Shown: positions 60,371 through 64,000 of the stretch, one piece after another | Position numbering within the stretch: the first letter of the stretch is position 1 | Layout: every line of letters begins with the position of its first letter | From: an uncultured Enhydrobacter sp. | GTDB lineage: Bacteria; Pseudomonadota; Gammaproteobacteria; Pseudomonadales; Moraxellaceae | Length of the DNA: 64,000 bases | Assembly (NCBI GenBank): GCA_946222995.1 | Contig: CAMIOS010000009.1 | Coordinates: 9,480 to 73,479 of the forward strand | Direction: 5' to 3' | The notes under the pieces: model-generated | What the model was told of the DNA's origin: nothing | The model's database searches: none | The model's input: only the letters and a program-made list of their open reading frames with translations | Made by a program: the position numbers and the translations under genes

Positions 60371-61672
60371 ATGACCCTATCTTTTCCCCAACTTTTAAGC
60401 GAGCAGGCAAGCGAGCAAGTCAACCAGATTACGCCGTTGGCCGTGCGTCCAATCGTCATCGGCATTGTGGCGGGCGAGGTGTCTGGCGATGCATTGGGGG
60501 CAGATTTTATGCGGCAAATGAATAACTTACGCGATGATATCCTATGGGTGGGCGTCGGGGGCACCCAAATGGCAGCTCAAGGCTTAAAATCGGTGATTGA
60601 TATGTCACGGCTTGCGGTCATGGGGCTTGTCGAGGTTATCAAGCATTTGCCCGATTTATTCAAAGCCCGTGATGCGATTTTGGCAGAATTTGATAAACAC
60701 AATATCGATATGTTTATCGGCATTGATGCCCCTGATTTTAATCTGCGACTGGGCAACATGTTAAAGCCCAACGGTATTTTTTGTGTGCAATACGTCAGCC
60801 CGTCGATTTGGGCATGGCGAGAAGGGCGGATTGAAAAAATCAAGCAAGCGACTGACTTGGTGCTTTGCTTGTTTCCGTTTGAATTGCCTGTGTATCAAAA
60901 ACACCATCATCCTGCTGTGTGTGTCGGGCATCCGCTCCTCAAAACCATCAACCCAGCACTTACCAAGACGCCGATAGAAGAACGCCGCCGGGAGTTGATT
61001 TGGGAAAATGACAGTTTGCGGCAATTTTTTGGCAAAGCTTATCAAGGCGAGATGACCAATATGATAGCGGTGCTGCCCGGCTCTCGTACTGGCGAAATAA
61101 AAGCCATTTTGCCAAAAATGCTAGATGCCATTCACAAATTATTGATAGTCGATGATACCTTATGCTTTGTCATTCCCACGGTGAGCGAAAATCATAAATC
61201 CATTGTCGAAAGCTATTTAGATAATGAAACGAGCGAAGTTCGCCAACACGTGGTCGTCGCTTGTGATGAAAGCCAAGCCGATTTTAGTCAACAAATTATG
61301 GCAGCAGCGGATTTAATTTTGCTTGCTTCGGGTACTGCCACGCTTGAGGCGATGCTACTAAATCGCCCGATGGTGGTGATTTATTCGATGAAAAAAAGCA
61401 CCTACTGGCTTGCCAAAAAATTGGTCAAAATACCGTATGTGGCATTGCCGAATATTTTGGCAGGGGAACAAATCGTGCCCGAATTGATACAAGATGCTGC
61501 CAATAGCGAAAATATTTGCCGCGTGGTACAGCAAACCTTAAAAGTAAAAAACTACAATGACCAATTAGCCGACCTACAGGCCACAACTGACTGGCTAAGA
61601 ACACAAAGTAACCTTAATCCTGCCAATGCAGTCATAGACAATTGGTTATTGCACCAAAAAAATCAATGTTGA
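60371..61672 (+). CDS. lpxB: Lipid-A-disaccharide synthase
   Basis: ...VAGEVSGDALGA... matches the LpxB N-terminus. Aligns from MTLSFPQ with an AAGG SD. The track start at 60314 is probably too long. Confidence 0.9.
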   Translation: MTLSFPQLLSEQASEQVNQITPLAVRPIVIGIVAGEVSGDALGADFMRQMNNLRDDILWVGVGGTQMAAQGLKSVIDMSRLAVMGLVEVIKHLPDLFKARDAILAEFDKHNIDMFIGIDAPDFNLRLGNMLKPNGIFCVQYVSPSIWAWREGRIEKIKQATDLVLCLFPFELPVYQKHHHPAVCVGHPLLKTINPALTKTPIEERRRELIWENDSLRQFFGKAYQGEMTNMIAVLPGSRTGEIKAILPKMLDAIHKLLIVDDTLCFVIPTVSENHKSIVESYLDNETSEVRQHVVVACDESQADFSQQIMAAADLILLASGTATLEAMLLNRPMVVIYSMKKSTYWLAKKLVKIPYVALPNILAGEQIVPELIQDAANSENICRVVQQTLKVKNYNDQLADLQATTDWLRTQSNLNPANAVIDNWLLHQKNQC

Positions 61673-61770
61673 CCGATTTTGCTTAGTTAAATGACATGGT
61701 TTTTTTATTGCTATTTTTAACCCCTTTTTTTACAATGGCGGGCATTATTTTTAGCTAGAATCAGACCGTT

Positions 61771-63075
61771 ATGTCCACCACGCCTTTTTACTATCGCCTG
61801 AGCCTATCTCTACTAAAACCGCTCTATAAACTCAAACTTGCTAGCAAAAAAACCTTGCCTAACGAAGTCAATGAGCGTTTTGGTAAAAACTATGCTGCTA
61901 TCAAAACCCAAAAGCCAATAATTTGGTGTCATGCCGTGTCGCTTGGCGAAACCAACACCGCCGAGCCAATTTTGCAAGGATTGCTTAGCGAAGGCTATGC
62001 GTTATGGGTCACCAACACCACCCACACAGGCTATGCCCGAGTCGAGGCGATGTTTGCAAGTGAAATAGCAAAAGGCGAGGTGTATCATAGCTTTGTGCCC
62101 GTCGATGACGGCAAAGTGATCGATAAATTCCTTGATCATGTCAACCCAGTCGGGGCATTGTTTATCGAAACCGAACTATGGGGCACAACCTTAGCTAAAC
62201 TTGAACAACGCCAAATCGCCAGTATTTTGGTCAATGGGCGGTTGTCTGAAAAATCGTTTAACGGCTATCAAAAGGCAAGCAAACTTAGCCAAAGCATGAT
62301 GGATAACTTAAGTCTGATTATTGCCCAAGATGCCGATTCGGCAAAACGCTTTCGCCAACTAGGGGCAACAAGCGATAAAATTCGCATGGCAAGCTCGCTT
62401 AAATGGTCGAGTAAAGCCAATCCACTCATGATAAATCGAGCAAATAGCCTAAGAAAAGAATGGCAATTAGACGTAAGACCGATGATTTTGGCAGCCAGTA
62501 CCCATGAAGGGGAAGAAACACAAATTTTAGAAAGTTTCGCTCAAATTCGCAAAAATTTTGCGGATAAAAATCCCTTGCTCATTATCGTCCCTCGTCACCC
62601 CGAACGTTTTGAGGAAGTAGCAAAACTCATCGAATCACAAAATTACAAAGTTATTCGTCGCAGTCATGATGATAAACCAACGACTGAGCATCATGTCTAT
62701 CTTGCTGACAGTATGGGCGAGCTTGGCGTGTGGTATGCATTGTGTGACATGGCGTTTATTGGCGGTTCAGTCGTGGATATCGGCGGGCATAATCCGATTG
62801 AAGCGGCGATAGTGGGCAAGCCAATTGTGATGGGACAATATACGCAGTCTTGTCAGCAAGTGGTTGATAAGCTAAAACAAGTCGGTGCATTACAGCAAGT
62901 GGCCAATAGCATAGAACTCACCAATGCGTTAGAAAATTGGCTCAGTCATCCCGAACAAGCCAAACAAGCGGGACAGGCGGGTCAAGCATTAGCTGAGCAA
63001 TATCAAGATGCGACCAATCAGCAATTGGCAATGATTAAAGACGTATTGGGTGATAATGAAAAATTACGGGTATAA
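61771..63075 (+). CDS. waaA: 3-deoxy-D-manno-octulosonic acid (Kdo) transferase
   Basis: ...IWCHAVSLGE... N-terminus and a GT-B C-terminal domain. 434 aa, similar in length to E. coli WaaA. Confidence 0.9.
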   Translation: MSTTPFYYRLSLSLLKPLYKLKLASKKTLPNEVNERFGKNYAAIKTQKPIIWCHAVSLGETNTAEPILQGLLSEGYALWVTNTTHTGYARVEAMFASEIAKGEVYHSFVPVDDGKVIDKFLDHVNPVGALFIETELWGTTLAKLEQRQIASILVNGRLSEKSFNGYQKASKLSQSMMDNLSLIIAQDADSAKRFRQLGATSDKIRMASSLKWSSKANPLMINRANSLRKEWQLDVRPMILAASTHEGEETQILESFAQIRKNFADKNPLLIIVPRHPERFEEVAKLIESQNYKVIRRSHDDKPTTEHHVYLADSMGELGVWYALCDMAFIGGSVVDIGGHNPIEAAIVGKPIVMGQYTQSCQQVVDKLKQVGALQQVANSIELTNALENWLSHPEQAKQAGQAGQALAEQYQDATNQQLAMIKDVLGDNEKLRV

Positions 63076-63203
63076 ACCCAAGTGCGGCTAATGGATAATG
63101 AGTTTCCCACCCAAAATGGCAAAATTTTGATTGATGATGTGGGCGATGAATAACTATTAAAAAACTAAAAATCCGGTGTTTAATATAATAAATTTACTTT
63201 TGT

Positions 63204-63539
63204 CTATTTTATGCAGACTTGTCTAACAATACCACGCATGACATGATCACCGCCAAAGACTTGTTTATCCTCTTGTACGGCAGTACGAGATTGTCCCATT
63301 TTCCCTTCCGTGATATCTCGCACTGTTTTTGTAGGGCAATAAACGCGATACGTCATATCATAACTAAAATCATTACCTGGCTCACCACTATAGTAATTAA
63401 AACTCACAACCAATAAACCTTTAGGCTCAGTATTAGGGTGAAAATAATGTTCAATGATATAGCCACGCATTGGAGAAGCAGAAGCGGTTAAGATGATTAG
63501 AGTAGTAAAAGCAAGAATAGTTTGAAAAATACGCTTCAT
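63204..63539 (-). CDS. Small secreted hypothetical protein (signal peptide)
   Basis: MKRIFQTILAFTTLIILTASA signal peptide. ~111 aa. Embedded in an AT-rich stretch. The ORF-track start at 63638 is probably upstream of the real start. Confidence 0.4.
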   Translation of the reverse strand: MKRIFQTILAFTTLIILTASASPMRGYIIEHYFHPNTEPKGLLVVSFNYYSGEPGNDFSYDMTYRVYCPTKTVRDITEGKMGQSRTAVQEDKQVFGGDHVMRGIVRQVCIK

Positions 63540-63647
63540 GTGTTGTCCAAAACAAACATTATTAATTGACTTTATTTTAGACAAAAATTTAGAAAAAGAA
63601 AACCCTTTATTGCAATCATAAAGGGTTTCAATAATCACAAAGAAAAA

Positions 63648-64000
63648 TTATTTCATACACCAGCCATGACTGGCGATAAATGATTGACCTGTCATCGCAT
63701 TGGTTGGAAAAGCGCTCAAGAATAACGCCAACTGCGCGATATCATCCACTGTGGTAAACTCGCCATCCACCGTTTCGCCAAGCATCACTTTTTTCACCAC
63801 CTCTTCTTCGCTAATGCCTTTTTCTTTGGCTTGTTCAGGAATTTGTTTTTCAACCAGCGGCGTACGTACAAAGCCTGGACAAATCACATAGGAACGAACA
63901 TTGTGGGCAGCCCCTTCTTTGGCAAGGGTACGGCTTAGACCTAATAACCCATGTTTAGCAGTCACATACGGTGATTTAAGCGGTGAGGCTTCATGCGAAT
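63648..64000 (-). CDS. SDR-family oxidoreductase (3-hydroxybutyrate dehydrogenase-like), C-terminal part. The N-terminus lies beyond the window end.
   Basis: C-terminal block ...[35 protein letters not shown]...[13 protein letters not shown] resembles BdhA. The frame stays open to position 64000. Confidence 0.65.
   Translation of the reverse strand, partial: SHEASPLKSPYVTAKHGLLGLSRTLAKEGAAHNVRSYVICPGFVRTPLVEKQIPEQAKEKGISEEEVVKKVMLGETVDGEFTTVDDIAQLALFLSAFPTNAMTGQSFIASHGWCMK

Noticed and set aside
63098-63160. 20-codon ORF MDNEFPTQNGKILIDDVGDE downstream of waaA
   Set aside because: Too short, with no RBS or conservation evidence.

Overview
This window reads as a mostly core-chromosome stretch from a Moraxellaceae-type gammaproteobacterium, likely Moraxella, Psychrobacter or a relative. 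I infer this from gene content and order. Almost all of the roughly 65 genes are housekeeping: ubiquinone biosynthesis (ubiE-ubiJ-ubiB), aromatic amino-acid biosynthesis, pyrimidine and purine metabolism, folate, lipid A/Kdo, the pnt transhydrogenase and tRNA/rRNA modification. No rRNA, tRNA, CRISPR array, IS element or integrase was found by eye. The accessory signal is limited to several small, AT-rich single-gene or two-gene insertions.

The candidates most worth a second look:
- A toxin-antitoxin-like pair (RHH antitoxin plus a PIN-domain protein with Asn in place of the first catalytic Asp) wedged between pyrB and the inactive dihydroorotase-like pyrC'.
- An orphan two-transmembrane protein gene inserted between ubiE and ubiJ.
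- CsrA carrying a C-terminal extension of about 105 residues.
- A lone iscX.
- An orphan PilR/NtrC-like sigma-54 activator with a long disordered insert.
- A divergent HPPK (FolK)-like protein.
- Small unannotated ORFs and several palindromes and repeats in promoter regions.

Many otherwise conserved proteins here carry low-complexity N- or C-terminal extensions. I found no clear multi-gene novel system; the findings are ranked honestly low to moderate.
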